DNA of 50,307 nucleotides, filler included, from Bipalium vagum (lineage: Eukaryota), in assembly GCA_037834085.1 (NCBI GenBank). It is 3 parts of 3 records of this genome, joined end to end, with 100 filler letters (N's around TTAATTAATTAA, not from the genome) between each part and the next. Parts side by side here need not be neighbours in the genome. Positions count along the whole stretch, not along the records: positions 1 to 16,163 come from JBBMKC010124215.1; positions 16,264 to 32,823 come from JBBMKC010105562.1; 1 more part is not named here. One strand, given 5' to 3'. The position numbers were made by a program, and so were the translations under genes. Of this stretch, positions 13,601 through 26,653 are shown piece by piece. The notes beneath the pieces were generated by a model, which worked only from the letters and a program-made list of their open reading frames with translations, did not search any database and was not told the origin of the DNA. How positions within the stretch are numbered: position 1 is the first letter of the stretch; each line of letters begins with the position of its first letter.

Positions 13601-15111
13601 TCGATTAAATCTCGTAGATTTCTTTTGTTATTTAATGCACCTGTTTATTTGGAAAAATTTCCAGTAGTGGACAAGAAAAGAAATTGATATTCCCTTGATC
13701 AATAATATTTTCAGGATTGGGGTAGTTCTACATGCAACGCTTCGCTTTTTTCATCCGGAGTCAAATATTCTAAACAACCGGAACCTTCGAAACGGGAAAA
13801 TTTACTCATAGCTTTTAATCATAAACGTTTACACCAAAGAAATAAAATGAAAAACCGTCTGATGAGCAATGATCCGAAAGTCATTGATCGATATATGCCT
13901 ATGACAATGACGAATATGCTAAATAATTCCGTTCGTCGTCCCAGCAATCTGATTCCGTCTGCTCCATTTTATCCACAAATGTCATTTACAAATCCTTCGT
14001 ATTGCAATTTGATACCAGGACAGCAGAATTTTCCAATGAATCGATTGTCCAATATCCAAAGATTTCCTATGACCACCGGTCAGAATAGTGCTCCAATGAC
14101 ACCGGCGAGTGTCTGTACAAACCCACCGTCAGTAGAATCTTCGATTGGTACGCCGAGAAATATTGATCACATAACACCCAACAGTGCCGGTTTTAGTCGG
14201 CCTCAGGCAGTTCAGTCCAGCCCGGTTGTTGCTAAATCTCCTCGAACTCAATCACACTTGAATTCTATCAGCTCAATTCAATCCAATCTCAATAATTCCC
14301 AAAATTTCCTTAACAACATCCACGTTAATGGTCTCTATTTGAACGTGTTACTATCAGATTCGATTCTCAACCTTTACAAAGATCACAATTTCGATAGCTG
14401 TAACATTTGTGTATGCAGTATGTCGGTTTTGGGTAACGACGTCGGCTTGTATATAGACGAATATCAACAAAATTCCAATCAAAATTCACTTAATCGATCG
14501 ATTTCCAATGATGATATGGGTGGAAGCTGTACCAGTAAAACCGATTGTAAATGTGGATTCAGTGCCGTCATTAACAGGCATTACGCTATCAACTCCAATC
14601 TTTTCTATGAGGATGAAGTCGAGATCACCGGAATAAGAAAACAGCACATTTACAGCACTCAATCTCACATGTCCAAAGATTGTCAAGACAATATCGGAAA
14701 GCACGCATCTTCTCAATTGATGTCGATTTACGATGAATTCGGATTGAGTTTTCTTCTTGATTTCCTTCGTTTTAAGAACAATGTTACTAAACAAAAGTTA
14801 CCGGAAAATTTAATCGAATTTCAAGGTAGAGTACTTATTGACTTGTATTGAATTTTTAACAATATTATTTTAAATAAATATGTTCTTGTTTTTCGCTTTG
14901 TTCTTTTTTGATATGAAATTAGAAAATCAATAGAAAAATTAATATGCTTTGATTATTCATAATTAGTGATTTTTAATTTTAAAATTTAACGATTAGTGTT
15001 GCTTTTCTTATAAGAGCTTAAAAAAATTAAATTGACTGAAATAATAAAAGATTCACACCAAAATAATTTTTTTTATTTTTGAGGTTTACATTGTCCATTA
15101 AAATTCGATTG

Positions 15112-15151
<40 letters not shown>

Positions 15152-15915
15152 ATATTATTATTAATTAATTAATTAATTTTAAAATATTATTATAATATCA
15201 TTTTCATTGATCAACCAAAAGCTTATCACTTAAAAAAATAATGTGATCAATTTAAAGAAATCTTGTAACATCAATATTCTTTAAATATTGATTTGATTTT
15301 ACTGAAACTAATTGATTTTTTAAAATTAAAAAAAATTTTCTCAATTATATTTTTTAAATCATTTAGATTTTAATGCAGCCATACATCGGTCGCTAGACCA
15401 AGCTTCAGAACCAAACGATGCTCTGGTCTCGTCTAGTCGTATCATTAGTCCCGATAAGGGTAAACAGTGGCTGAGTAAACTGTATTATTTCAAAAAAGAC
15501 GCGGTAATACCGAAAAATTACAATGACCAGATTAGACTGCTGATGGTGGGACATTAAAGATGAAATCGATTTTTTAATTTTCAAAACACGATTTAGACAT
15601 TACGACCTTTGTTACAAGAAGCAGTAAGCAATACGAGGCTGCTTGAGTCCAGTTATACAGTGGACGGACCTTTGACGTGGAAAACCTTTCATCGATTAGC
15701 CGGTCGAGGTAATGTTGAATCTTGTGAACCTCAACCGTTGCCAAGATTCCAAGTTTTTGTGGGGAAGCATTCGTCAAAAGACACTTTGAATGCTGCGAAT
15801 GCCATTCCGGGACTTTCCACAGCACTGGAATCGAATAATGCTGCTAATCAATCGGCATATGTGTCACCAACGATTTATCCACAATATTCTGGATTAAACA
15901 ATGGATTTATTTCCG
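4379..15915 (+). CDS. MED13: Mediator complex subunit 13, 5' part (~1544 codons, cut by contig end); exons 4379-4453, 4540-6492, 8757-9076, 9146-9345, 9497-9726, 11712-11957, 13715-14825, 15367-15545, 15597-15915
   Basis: MED13 motifs in order: SLEDCHTNLYAL, DDPIL, ELWVFWY, GLTYEIRSILFKAL, FFLHGESTIC, VILAPY, DPIMPTLSP, IFDDSDEE, MYPTPPSLE, LLSDSILNLYKDHNFDSCNICVC, CKCGFSAV, GPLTWKTFHRLAGRG...EPQPLP; all junctions are GT-AG and phase-compatible. Confidence 0.93.
10610..10665. repeat. (AAT)n microsatellite in MED13 intron 5
   Basis: Long perfect AAT run; similar AAT/TTA tracts at ~12782-12915, 15113-15160, 16040-16065, 39500-39545, 43895-43950 and 45745-45790. Confidence 0.9.
12234..12742 (-). 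CDS. Candidate nested antisense gene in MED13 intron 6, ~113 aa; exons 12742-12691, 12640-12456, 12338-12234
   Basis: GC-elevated island; strong CGG|GTAAGC donor at 12455, acceptors ttcacAG (12641) and ttttttAG (12339); splicing gives an open frame; no homology recognised. Confidence 0.4.
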
Positions 15916-16034
15916 GTTAGCAGATTTTTTAATGTCAATCAATAATTTATTTTTTGAAGGTTTAATTAATATCAATAATAAAAATAATAATAATTGGTAT
16001 AATTACAATTATAAGGAAAACTGTTTCAATAAAA

Positions 16035-16065
<31 letters not shown>

Positions 16066-16163
16066 GATTAATTTTTCTTGTCCCAGTTTAGATTTATAAT
16101 CTGAATAATTAGAGTCAGCAAAATTACCCATTTTCCACTCATCATCATAATACATTTGATTTT

Positions 16164-16263
16164 NNNNNNNNNNNNNNNNNNNNNNNNNNNNNNNNNNNNN
16201 NNNNNNNTTAATTAATTAANNNNNNNNNNNNNNNNNNNNNNNNNNNNNNNNNNNNNNNNNNNN
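16164..16263. other. Artificial contig spacer (44 N + TTAATTAATTAA + 44 N)
   Basis: Exactly 100 bp; the 12-mer places stop codons in all six frames; an identical spacer occurs at 32824-32923. Confidence 0.97.
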
Positions 16264-17269
16264 AAAGGTCCGTACATCTTGGTACGTTCCTCGCTACGTC
16301 TCTGTAGGTCCTGATGGTATTGACCTGATCAGACTGTTTCCACCCATTAATTTCTTTCCATTTCTTCAGTACTTCCTAACTTTCTCAATTCCATCTCCTT
16401 TTCGATTTCTGGATCGTTTATACATCTAATTATCGATTTTTTCAAAAGGGTTTCTTTTGTCATTTCATGTGACAAGGCATCTTCCACCATTTTATGGACG
16501 TTCTCGAGAAAATTCTTCACACTATCAGTCTTCTACGATAATTGATTAACATTTCTAAATCACCCATCATATCTTTTGGTTTGGAAAATACCAATCGTAA
16601 TCTACCAAAATCTACTAACTTTCTGGCCGTGCTTTCATACTTTTCTACTAAGTCTAAGTCTAAGTCTAATAGACAATATATCAAGGTTTCCTTTCTTTTC
16701 ACTGGTGTCTCTTTCACCGTGAAATACATTATGCTCTGCGCTATTAATTTTTCAACATCGTCATCCTTACAGAACGTTTTGGTTAGAGACGTTCAGTGAT
16801 CGGATCCGAGTCGGTGATGGTTGCATGTTAATATCAATCGGTTTATACTCAAAATTAGAAGATTTTGAATAGATTTATTAAGTGATAAAACAAATGATAT
16901 TTTAAAAAATTTTCTGCAACCTGGAAATTCCTTTTTTCATTAAATTTTAAAAATAAGTTTATTTTTAAAATTTCATTCATACTTTTTAAATATTTTTAAA
17001 TAATTAAAATAAATAATTAAAAATTCCCCGGGTCTGATTAGCCTCATCATAATGAATATACATTATCTACAAATGATATCGCACTCGTGATTTTTTATAA
17101 TTTATGTTAATTTTAATGGACCAGGAAGAAGATCCGCATTTTTCAATTAGAATGATAACAAATGCTTTAATTGTAATTAATTGCACTGTGTGTAAATTTT
17201 TAAGACAACGATTGCTTTTACCGCACCGTTTTCAACCAGTTCAAGCACTTTACACCGAGATTTTTTTCA

Positions 17270-17935
17270 GCGAATACTAGTAGCATTTTGTCAATGGCTT
17301 AAACAAACATTGTCTAAAATTTCTCAACTACTGAGCCTAATTCTGTTTTTCAATGAAGCAAGTTTCTCCAAAAATTTCATAATAAATTTACATAATAATC
17401 ATGTATGAGTGGAAGAAATCCACATGAGACACGTGAAGATCATTTCCAATATTAGTTTTAATTAAGCGTTTGGGTTAGAATTGTGGGTGACTTTTTATCG
17501 GACCGGTGATCTTACCAGGAACATTTACCGCTGAATTACACCGAAGTTTTTCGGACGATATATCCTGAGTTGCTTGAGGATATACCATTAGCAATGAGAA
17601 AATTCATGTGGTTTACACATGATGAAGCACCGGCGCATTTTAGTAGATTTGTTTGTAAGTCACTAAATGAAACATATTATTATCGTTGGATTGGCAGAAG
17701 CGGACCTCTTGCATGGTCTGCTCGATCTCTTCACTTAAACCCCATTGATTTTTTTATGGGAGTATTTAAAATTGTTAGTTTATAAAATGCTAGTGGAATA
17801 TGAAGATATCGAATAGTCAATGGATGAACTCCATAATTAACATTCCTGGTGTTTTCGAAAGAATGGGTGATTCAATGAGAAGACTGGATTCCTGCAAATT
17901 GGCTAATGGTGGTCATTTTTCAAAGTTTCTTTAAA
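17270..17935 (+). mobile_element. Degenerate Tc1/mariner-superfamily transposase, DD41D (rosa-like) type
   Basis: Fragments ILFFNEASF..NLHNNHV, VWVRIVGD, and MWFTHDEAPAHF...RWIGRSGPLAWSARSLHLNPIDFF with 41 residues between the last two Asp; stops and frameshifts. Confidence 0.85.
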
Positions 17936-18389
17936 AAAATAAATGTAAATAAATATTTTGCTTATTGAAATTGTTTGTGTTTCTAAAATCATTAAATCTG
18001 TTTATCTATAAAACAAGACGATCTAAAAATGTGTTATTACATAAATATTCTTATAATATTGTGAGAGTTAACAGTCAGTGTCAAAAAGAAAAAGGAATTA
18101 ACAGAATTATTAATGGCAGTATCAAAATAGCAGACTCAAAGATATTGCAAGAACAATATAATTTACTTTTAACATTTATGATAGTTTTATGTGTTGAAAA
18201 ATTTATCATTGAAGAAAATTATATTTTAGCATGATACAATTATTTTTTGTAGTAATCAATTTATTTTATAATTTATTAACTTTTTTTAATAAAATGAATA
18301 ATAAAAGAATAATAGTAATAATAAAAGAAATAATAATGATCAAGGTATTATTTATAATTTTAAATTGCAATACAAGAAATCATTACTTG

Positions 18390-18510
18390 CAGAAAGTATC
18401 AGGGCAATGGATTCGGGAAATGCTCTTGATATAACAATATTGGATGCAATTAGGTGGATTGAGCGTGCTTGGTCTAATGTTAGTCATAAAACCATTATTA
18501 ATTGTTGACT
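18390..18510 (+). mobile_element. Short pogo/Tigger-like transposase relic
   Basis: Reads ITILDAIRWIERAWSNVSHKTIINC, matching the pogo/TIGD 'DAI.....AW..V...TI.NC' signature. Confidence 0.6.
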
Positions 18511-18764
18511 GTCAATGAAAAATAGACTCAACTATATCTGTCCAAAAGCAGTACCTGTATTAAAATAATAGTAATAGTAATAATAAAGCATGCATAATAA
18601 TATATGATTGGTGATAATAAACATAAAATTAAATTATAAAAAAGAATACAAATGATGTTAACAAAACTAAAAATAATAACATAAAAAATAATAATAAATA
18701 CATAATTGCATCATTATTAAGATAGAATATTTAATAAATAATGACATAAAAAATAATTGGTAGT

Positions 18765-19080
18765 ATTAGGTGGTCAAATATGAAATGTCCGATTTTAAAA
18801 CTATTTTTTAACTACTATAATTCACGTAATATTTAACATTTGTACTTATTTAAATATCACTTAGAATCGTTAAATCTGGAGAATCAATATATAATATTTG
18901 TTTTAAAAGTGAATTATTTAAAATAATTTTAGACCACATGGGAATGATATTAAAAAATACAGAAATGCGAACAATTTTTTATACGAATGGAAATTAATAC
19001 ATAATGCATCAGAAGCTGGCCGAAACATCAATTTCGCATTTGGAGAGGGATCAGCTAATGAAAGAACTATTTGGAGGTGG
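18765..19080 (+). mobile_element. 5' end of a mariner element (TIR plus N-terminal HTH), truncated
   Basis: TA-TTAGGTGGTC TIR-like start; frameshifted YEWKLIHNASEAGRNINFAFGEGSANERTIWRW, typical of a mariner N-terminus. Confidence 0.8.
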
Positions 19081-19082
19081 AG

Positions 19083-19490
19083 AATTGTTTTGGAATTATG
19101 AAATGTAAAATTTTATCACCAAGAAATTTGCGTTTACCAGTTTTATCTTTTAAGCAGGAAATAGGAAATGCTCATAAACTGTTATTTGGATTACGTAAAA
19201 TATATGGATAAAATAAATATAGATTGTAATCTTAGTGCTAAAAGTAGTTGTCCTAATGTTGAAATTTCTAATAAAAAATAAAAAAGATGTAAAATTTGTG
19301 TAAATATTAAATATAACTTAATTCATGCAAAAAGAAATTGTAAAATATGTTTTAAATTTAGAAATGAAAAATGTAATCATAATGAAGAAAAATCATGGTC
19401 AACAATTGAAATAAATAAAGCACTTGAAAAAGAATACTAAATTTTAAAAATATATGAAAATTTTGAAAAAATTGGAAGTATCTGGTTTAC
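19083..19490 (+). mobile_element. Fragment of protein-primed-type family B DNA polymerase (Polinton/Maverick/adintovirus-like), pseudogenised
   Basis: NCFGIMKCKILSPRNLRLPVLSFK...KLLFGL, then a Cys-rich stretch and CNHNEEKSWSTIEINKALEKEY*ILKIYE, matching the recalled pPolB pattern FG..KC..L.P..L..PVL...KLLF.L...C.H...W...E...A...GY.I.KIYE. Confidence 0.7.
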
Positions 19491-20269
19491 TTTGTAATTA
19501 TAAATGAGAATAGATTTTTTTTGAATAATTAAATGTTAATTTTTTAATAGGACAATAAGTGTTATTAAAAAGATTTTAAGATATTAAATATAATTCTGAA
19601 TATTTTTCTATTGTAAATTTTTCTAAAAATTTATTATTTGTAATTGCAAATTGAATGTCACCACATATTTTTGAGAAAAAACTTGAATATTTCTTGGATT
19701 TCTTGAATATTTAAATTTTTATTTTTAGTCGTTAACTTCTCTTTGTTGTCGATGTGTTTCCATAGAAATCTTTAAAATGTATATCAGTTAAATTTACGCT
19801 AGAAATTTTTAAGAGGAAATTTGACGTTTTTGATTTTTCTTTTTTATTAAATATTTTTTTAATTTATTAAATAGTAAAAAAAATTGATTTTCATTTTTAT
19901 CACATAAAGTGTACCTTGTTTCTAAACACATTTCTCGAAAAAATTACAGGCGAGAGAAAATGGAGGTACAAATGAGATAGACTTTGTATCCAAGTTCCCA
20001 ATGATTTTCCACATTGTAGGCTTAGCCTAAATTACATTTTAATGTCAATCTACCTTTTGGTATTATTGTTTCTATAACCAGACAATTAACTAGCCTGATT
20101 GCCGAATCTCTCTGAACAAACGATAAAGTTTGAACTAAAATTGTTAATTTGCTTTCATTAGCACATCGCAAGTTGTCAGTGGTAGAAATAAGTTAGAAAA
20201 CCTTCAATAATAAAAATAATCGCTTACTCATTGACTCTTCAGTGAATATTAGAAGAGTTTGTCGTTTAT

Positions 20270-21200
20270 TTTTTATCGTCTTACTGGGTCTTCCTAGCAT
20301 GCTGTTATATCTCAACACATGTCTTAAATCGACATTTATTGGAGCAATCTCAAATTCTTCAGCATTTTTCCTAATGTTTCACCTTTTTTATAAAATTACT
20401 TATTTTAAAACTCGTTCTCTCTGCTAACGTCTTTTCTGAGGAATCACATATACGTTATAATGCAAGGCCAATACACCCGGATTCTCTCTTTCCCAAATAT
20501 TCTTTATAATAGTCTTCAATATCACCATTATTCTGATCTTCTTCTTGAATCTCATTCAAATATTTTCGTATTTCGTATTATATAGTATATATATCTTCGG
20601 GTTAGTCCTTTATTTCTTCGAAACGACTGCAATTACTCTCTCCATATTCATTTGGTTTTTATCTAGTAAATCCGTTGTTTGGAAAAAGTCTGTGTATGTG
20701 AAGCATTTTCTTTCATGTTTATTCTGAATTATGTGGTCTTCTAGCACAACCAGCATATTATATGTGGATTCTAAATTGAGACTCCTTTTCTTGTCTGGTT
20801 TACCTGTATTTTTTACTACTGAAATCTTTTGGTTTCTTAAAATTCAGTGTTCAACACATCTCTGTAGGAGTGAACATGGTTTATTCTATCTAAATCTTTT
20901 TCAAGATCCGCCATTACTCGTATGGTTTTTTATTTTGAATGACTTTGTCAATTTTCTTAACTTTGTTTTTTCTTTCACCAACTTAATCTTCTCTACTTTG
21001 ACTAAAAGCTCTGCTATTAGTGATTTTCGTAAAATTTTGTCAAAAATTTTGTCTACTTGTCTATGCGTTATACATCTCTTCTAAATCTGATATGTTTTTG
21101 GTCTGACAAAGGCTAATCTGAGCCTCTCCTCAAAATTTCCTGCTATCCCCGCTACTTCAAAGTATTCTTCTTCCAGATCTTCGTGGACCATTTTTAAAAA
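20270..21200 (-). mobile_element. Possible heavily decayed LTR-retrotransposon gag/protease region
   Basis: Purine-rich minus strand with a CWLC knuckle-like remnant (~20750) followed by a ...MLGRP protease-like C-terminus (~20290); many stops. Confidence 0.3.
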
Positions 21201-21753
21201 CTAATAGGAATAATTAATTATATCTTCTAATAATCTGAGATCACTTTCAGAGTAATCCACTTTAACTGTTAATTACTGAAAGAACTAATTATTAATTAAA
21301 TAGATATTTCTGACATTTGTAGTCTTAATTTATAAACAATTATTTATATTTATATTTTTTATTTATATTTATAATAGTACATTATCAATATCTCTAAATC
21401 AAACACATTTATTTTTCCTTTCCAGACTCGACTTAGGTAAATAAATAAAAATTACAAGAATTCTATAAGAAATCGAAAAACTTAAAAATAGTTGAAGAGC
21501 AAATTTTCGCATTTAATTTACAATATTAAAATAACACTAATCTTAAAAATGAAAAGTGATAAACATTAATTGTTCACAAATTATATTTAATGTTCAGATA
21601 ACAGTGCAAAATAAATGGAAATATATGAAGAAAATTGGTCAAAATAAATCACCGGTTTCAAACAAATCTGTTTAGTTTATAAAGAAAATCAATTTATGAA
21701 TTCAGATCAAAATAAACCAAAGGTGAAAGGAATAAAAAGAAAAGTAAATCTCT

Positions 21754-22551
<798 letters not shown>

Positions 22552-23499
22552 CTATCTTTAATCTAGTTAATTATCGGATATAATGATTTAACGATTCTAT
22601 GTAAATGACGTAGTCAAACAAATTTGTTACAATGAAGTTATTCATTTTCTGTTAAAATGAATGAAACTTTTCCTTTAAATTTGAAAGTATTGAAATATAT
22701 TTATTATATGAAAAATATTTCTAAATTAAAAAAATCAAATTTTCATTGGTTGAAATTTGATTGAAATGCCGTAGGTCATTTATTGTTTGAATATATTAAT
22801 TTTATAAATAATTTTAATTAATATTTTGAATTATGCAAAAATTAATTAATTTGTTTAAGGATATCAATAGAAAAATTTCGAATGAATAGTGTCCAAGAAA
22901 ACATTCTTCAAAACACCATTATTCCAAGGACCAAAACATGATACTTTTGAACGACATCTTTGCATTGATTGTTACCGGAGTAGAAGATATTCGTACTATT
23001 TTCGATAAATTGAGGAATTCTGTTCTTTATACCTTGATATTAAATATACCATAAATTATACCATACTCTGTTTTCATATTATGTTAATAAAGTCACATTT
23101 GAAGGTTATCAGATTCTCAAACCTTCCTAAATCGATGTAGAACTTTAACGTTCAGGCTAACAAAAATTTACGAAATATCATTACGTCGTTGCGATAATAC
23201 AAACCTATTCGTTTGGTATTAATAAACAGTAAATTATTTATATCATAGAATCATAGTCACAATCACAAATTCTTTTATCTACTTGAATTTAGGTTTAACT
23301 ATGAGGTGAGAGTTTCAGAATATTTTGATTTTGTATTGTGAAATTTTATGGAATTATTAATTAACATAATATAAGCAAATTAAGTGTTTATCCATAATTT
23401 TTTATGAATTTTAAAAATTAAAAAATAAAATACAAATTTACAGAGTCACTCAATTATCAATATTGTTGCATATCCTCTCGATTTTATGATTACATGTAC

Positions 23500-24579
23500 C
23501 TTTCGAGGCATTATTCTAATAAACTTCATGCATTATGCAGGTGTTAATCAAGTACCATATACGGCTAACATCTTACACAGCGATTATTATTCTATTTCTT
23601 AACTTTTTCTTTATCTATCCCCACAAATTTTCATCTGGTGAATATCCATGCCATTCCAGAACATTGACATTCAAATATTTTAAAAATTCGGTGGTTTATT
23701 TTAACCTGTGAGCAGTGGCCCGACCCTTTTGAAAAATAAAGTTCTTTTTAGGAAACAAATGTTTAATAATCTGCATTAACATACTTTCGAAGCCTTTTCA
23801 AAATACCAACACCAGTTTGTGAAAGGAGCTCCACACATGAATCTGAGACATATGTTTACCAGTATGTTGAAGGCAGTAAGTATGATATTTCTCATTTTCT
23901 ATTCTTCTAACAATCATATCTTTTCTGTTTGTAAAATTTTGAAAGATGCTTTAATTGCTAAAAATTGTCTGTTCAAATTTAGTCCCAACCTTTTTATCCA
24001 TTATCCAAGAAAGACTTGCTAATCTTGAGTTTCTGGTTAAAAGAATCTTTTTAGCAGCTACAAAGCTTTTCAAATCATATTTATTCAATTTTTTGTACTG
24101 TTCTGCATAATAAGTTTCGGATTGTTTGATTATTATAGATAATGGTAATATCTAAAGCCAAAAGAAATCTAGCTGACTGGGAAATACGAAGAATAAATCT
24201 CTTGTCACGAGGAGTTGCAGTAATTGGTCTACCATGCGAGGCTTTTGCTGGACACTTTTAGTTAAAATTTACTTCGTCCAAAATTTTGTGCATCCCTCTT
24301 TTAATGATAGTTACATAGTATATATCGGTCTTACATGATTTTCTTCTTTTAGAGTACAAATACGTACTCGATCATTTTCAGAAATTCCTGAATACATTTA
24401 AAATCAAATTAATTGTTGTATAATTTAAATAATTTACTTTATATTACACCATTGTAATCCATTTGATTAAAGATAAATCAAAACCTTTACATTATGTAAA
24501 AATAAACTTTTACCTTTTAATAGTATAATTCATAAAAAAATTAGGGGATGAGCGTATTTAATTCGCCTTTTGTATATAT
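23500..24579 (-). mobile_element. Degenerate Tc1-like transposon
   Basis: Remnants ISENDRVRI (N-terminus), GRPITATPRDKRFILR, and LEWHGYSPD..ENLWG (Tc1 DDE third motif); multiple stops. Confidence 0.7.
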
Positions 24580-26004
24580 ACTTTTTCTATCTACCAAACG
24601 TTTTGACGTATCTAATTAAAAAGCAGATATTAAGAATACTTTATTACAGTTCTTTGCTTTCTATTCTTCTCTCATTCAAACATCTGATAAGCTTTCAAAA
24701 AAGCTAATTCTTTTGCAAAAAGTTTTGGAATTGAGAATGTTATTTGTCGTTCACTTCGCCACTTTTCATAAAAAGCGATTGGTGGTTTTACGTAAACTAC
24801 AGCAGTTTCTAATCCTATTTATTTATAGCTATTACAATGTAACATTAATATCAACAGAACATTAGGAAAATATGTTCTAAATATTCTTGATCTCTAAAAC
24901 GTGCAAAATGCCATGAACTTTGATAAGTTCATCAATATTAATGAGAGTGTTATAACCAGTAAACTTGCATGTGATGAAGATGGAAATAAATTCCGAAGAA
25001 GTAGATAATAAGGTTGGGAAAATTGTTCCAACTCCATCAAAAGCTATCAATTTTCTCGAAAAGATCAAATTAGTTTTTCTGAAGCATTCTGATTATTCTG
25101 CTGATTTTCTGAGTATAGATAAACTTCTTTCTACCATTACCGAATTTGCTATTTCATTTTTAATGAACAACTTAATTCTAATTCAACTTCATATGAAGTA
25201 AAACTTTTCAAATCACAACTTTTTAAAAGTAATTTTTTTTATAATCATAATGTCTTACATAATCTTTTTGGAAAGTCTTAAAGATGAGTTTTGACGTCTA
25301 TGACTTGGTGCCTATCAATATAAAATGATGAGATCTGACGGTGATCGTGCAAGATACAAAGTTATCTGGTAATATTTAATTTTTTATTTTTCTGATTGTC
25401 ACTTTTTACGTAATATTTCATTGGTCATTATATGAATACGATTATGAGATCTGATTCTGCCAAAGTTTGATTTTGATGACAACTCAAATATTATGGATTA
25501 GATTTTTAGTTGTTTTTTTATTTAGATAAGACTAAATAATCAAAAGAGAACAGCGGATAAAAACTTTGTGAAGGATTTTTTAATAAATGGTTTATTTGAC
25601 TTGGCTTGGGTTAATTGAATTGTCTTCTGGGTTTATCATATTACTCTTTCATTTTCTTCTTCTTCTCTCACATAAATATGGAAATTAATAACCATAACGG
25701 GGCCTTGTATCTTGTCTTTCTAATTAGAATTTGTTTGTCCTTGTGATTTCGATCTACGTTGACTTGCCTCGCTTTTTTATATTGAGTAATTAGGGATGTA
25801 GAGTCCAGCCTTTTTAGCTATATCTTAGAGCTGAAGAGTAGCTATTCTCATATAAGAGCGAGGTATTTATACCTATCTGGCTCCTTCACCCATTACAACA
25901 TTTTACCTTTTAAAATAACATACTTTATACTACCCTGTATAACTTATTTTTTTAATCTCATTAACTACTTCTATTTTTTCTTACATCTCAGAATGAATTA
26001 TTTA

Positions 26005-26653
26005 TTAGGTTGGTACATAAGTTCCCGCGTTTTTTACTAATTTTTTTTTGTGAAAACCAACTATTATTTTATTAATATTACAAATAATAAATCAATCAGT
26101 AATATAGTCTCCGTCTTTTCTTTGTCTTGGTCGCTGAGTTTATGAGGTATCCAAGCTCCAAATTTTTGCTCAAAGCCGATCGAATGAAGTTGTCTGAGAA
26201 TTGTCGGCTGAGTGCAGCCAATTTTTTTCAGCAAGTTCTCTCGATTTTTGGAGACCATTTTTCTTTAAAAGCTCCTGAAGACGTTCTTCGTCGAATTCGG
26301 ATGGTCGATCAGAGCGAAATTATTATCTTCGAGGTCAAAATTACCCTTTTTGAATTTATTGTACCATTCTTGATCGGTCCTCGCATTAGCTCCAAAAAAA
26401 AAGCACAAATGTTTCGTGCTGCTTCTGTAGCTTTCTGAGCACGGCAAAAATCAAAATATAATAAATGCCGAAAATGAATTTTTTCGCTGCCTGGAATATC
26501 CATTTGTAGACCTAAAAATATATGTATAATTAAGTTACTGAATGAATAATGATTACACGCTTTCAAAATAATTATTTTTGCTCAACAAAACAAAGCAAAA
26601 AATAGCAAGAATAACAAATTTAAAAAAAAACGGGAACTTATGTACCAACCTAA
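26005..26653 (-). mobile_element. Internally deleted mariner element (649 bp) with intact ends
   Basis: Perfect 23-bp TIRs (TTAGGTTGGTACATAAGTTCCCG) flanked by TA on both sides; frameshifted N-terminal transposase MDIPGSEKIHFRHLLYFDF..KATEAARNIC, WYNKFKKGNFDLED, GAWIPHKL; catalytic domain missing. Confidence 0.93.

Noticed and set aside
16208-16219. Palindromic TTAATTAATTAA within N runs
   Set aside because: Synthetic assembly linker, not genomic
16264-16800. Possible retroelement RNase H remnant on the minus strand (EDALSH, similar to ADALSR)
   Set aside because: Too decayed to support a call from motifs alone
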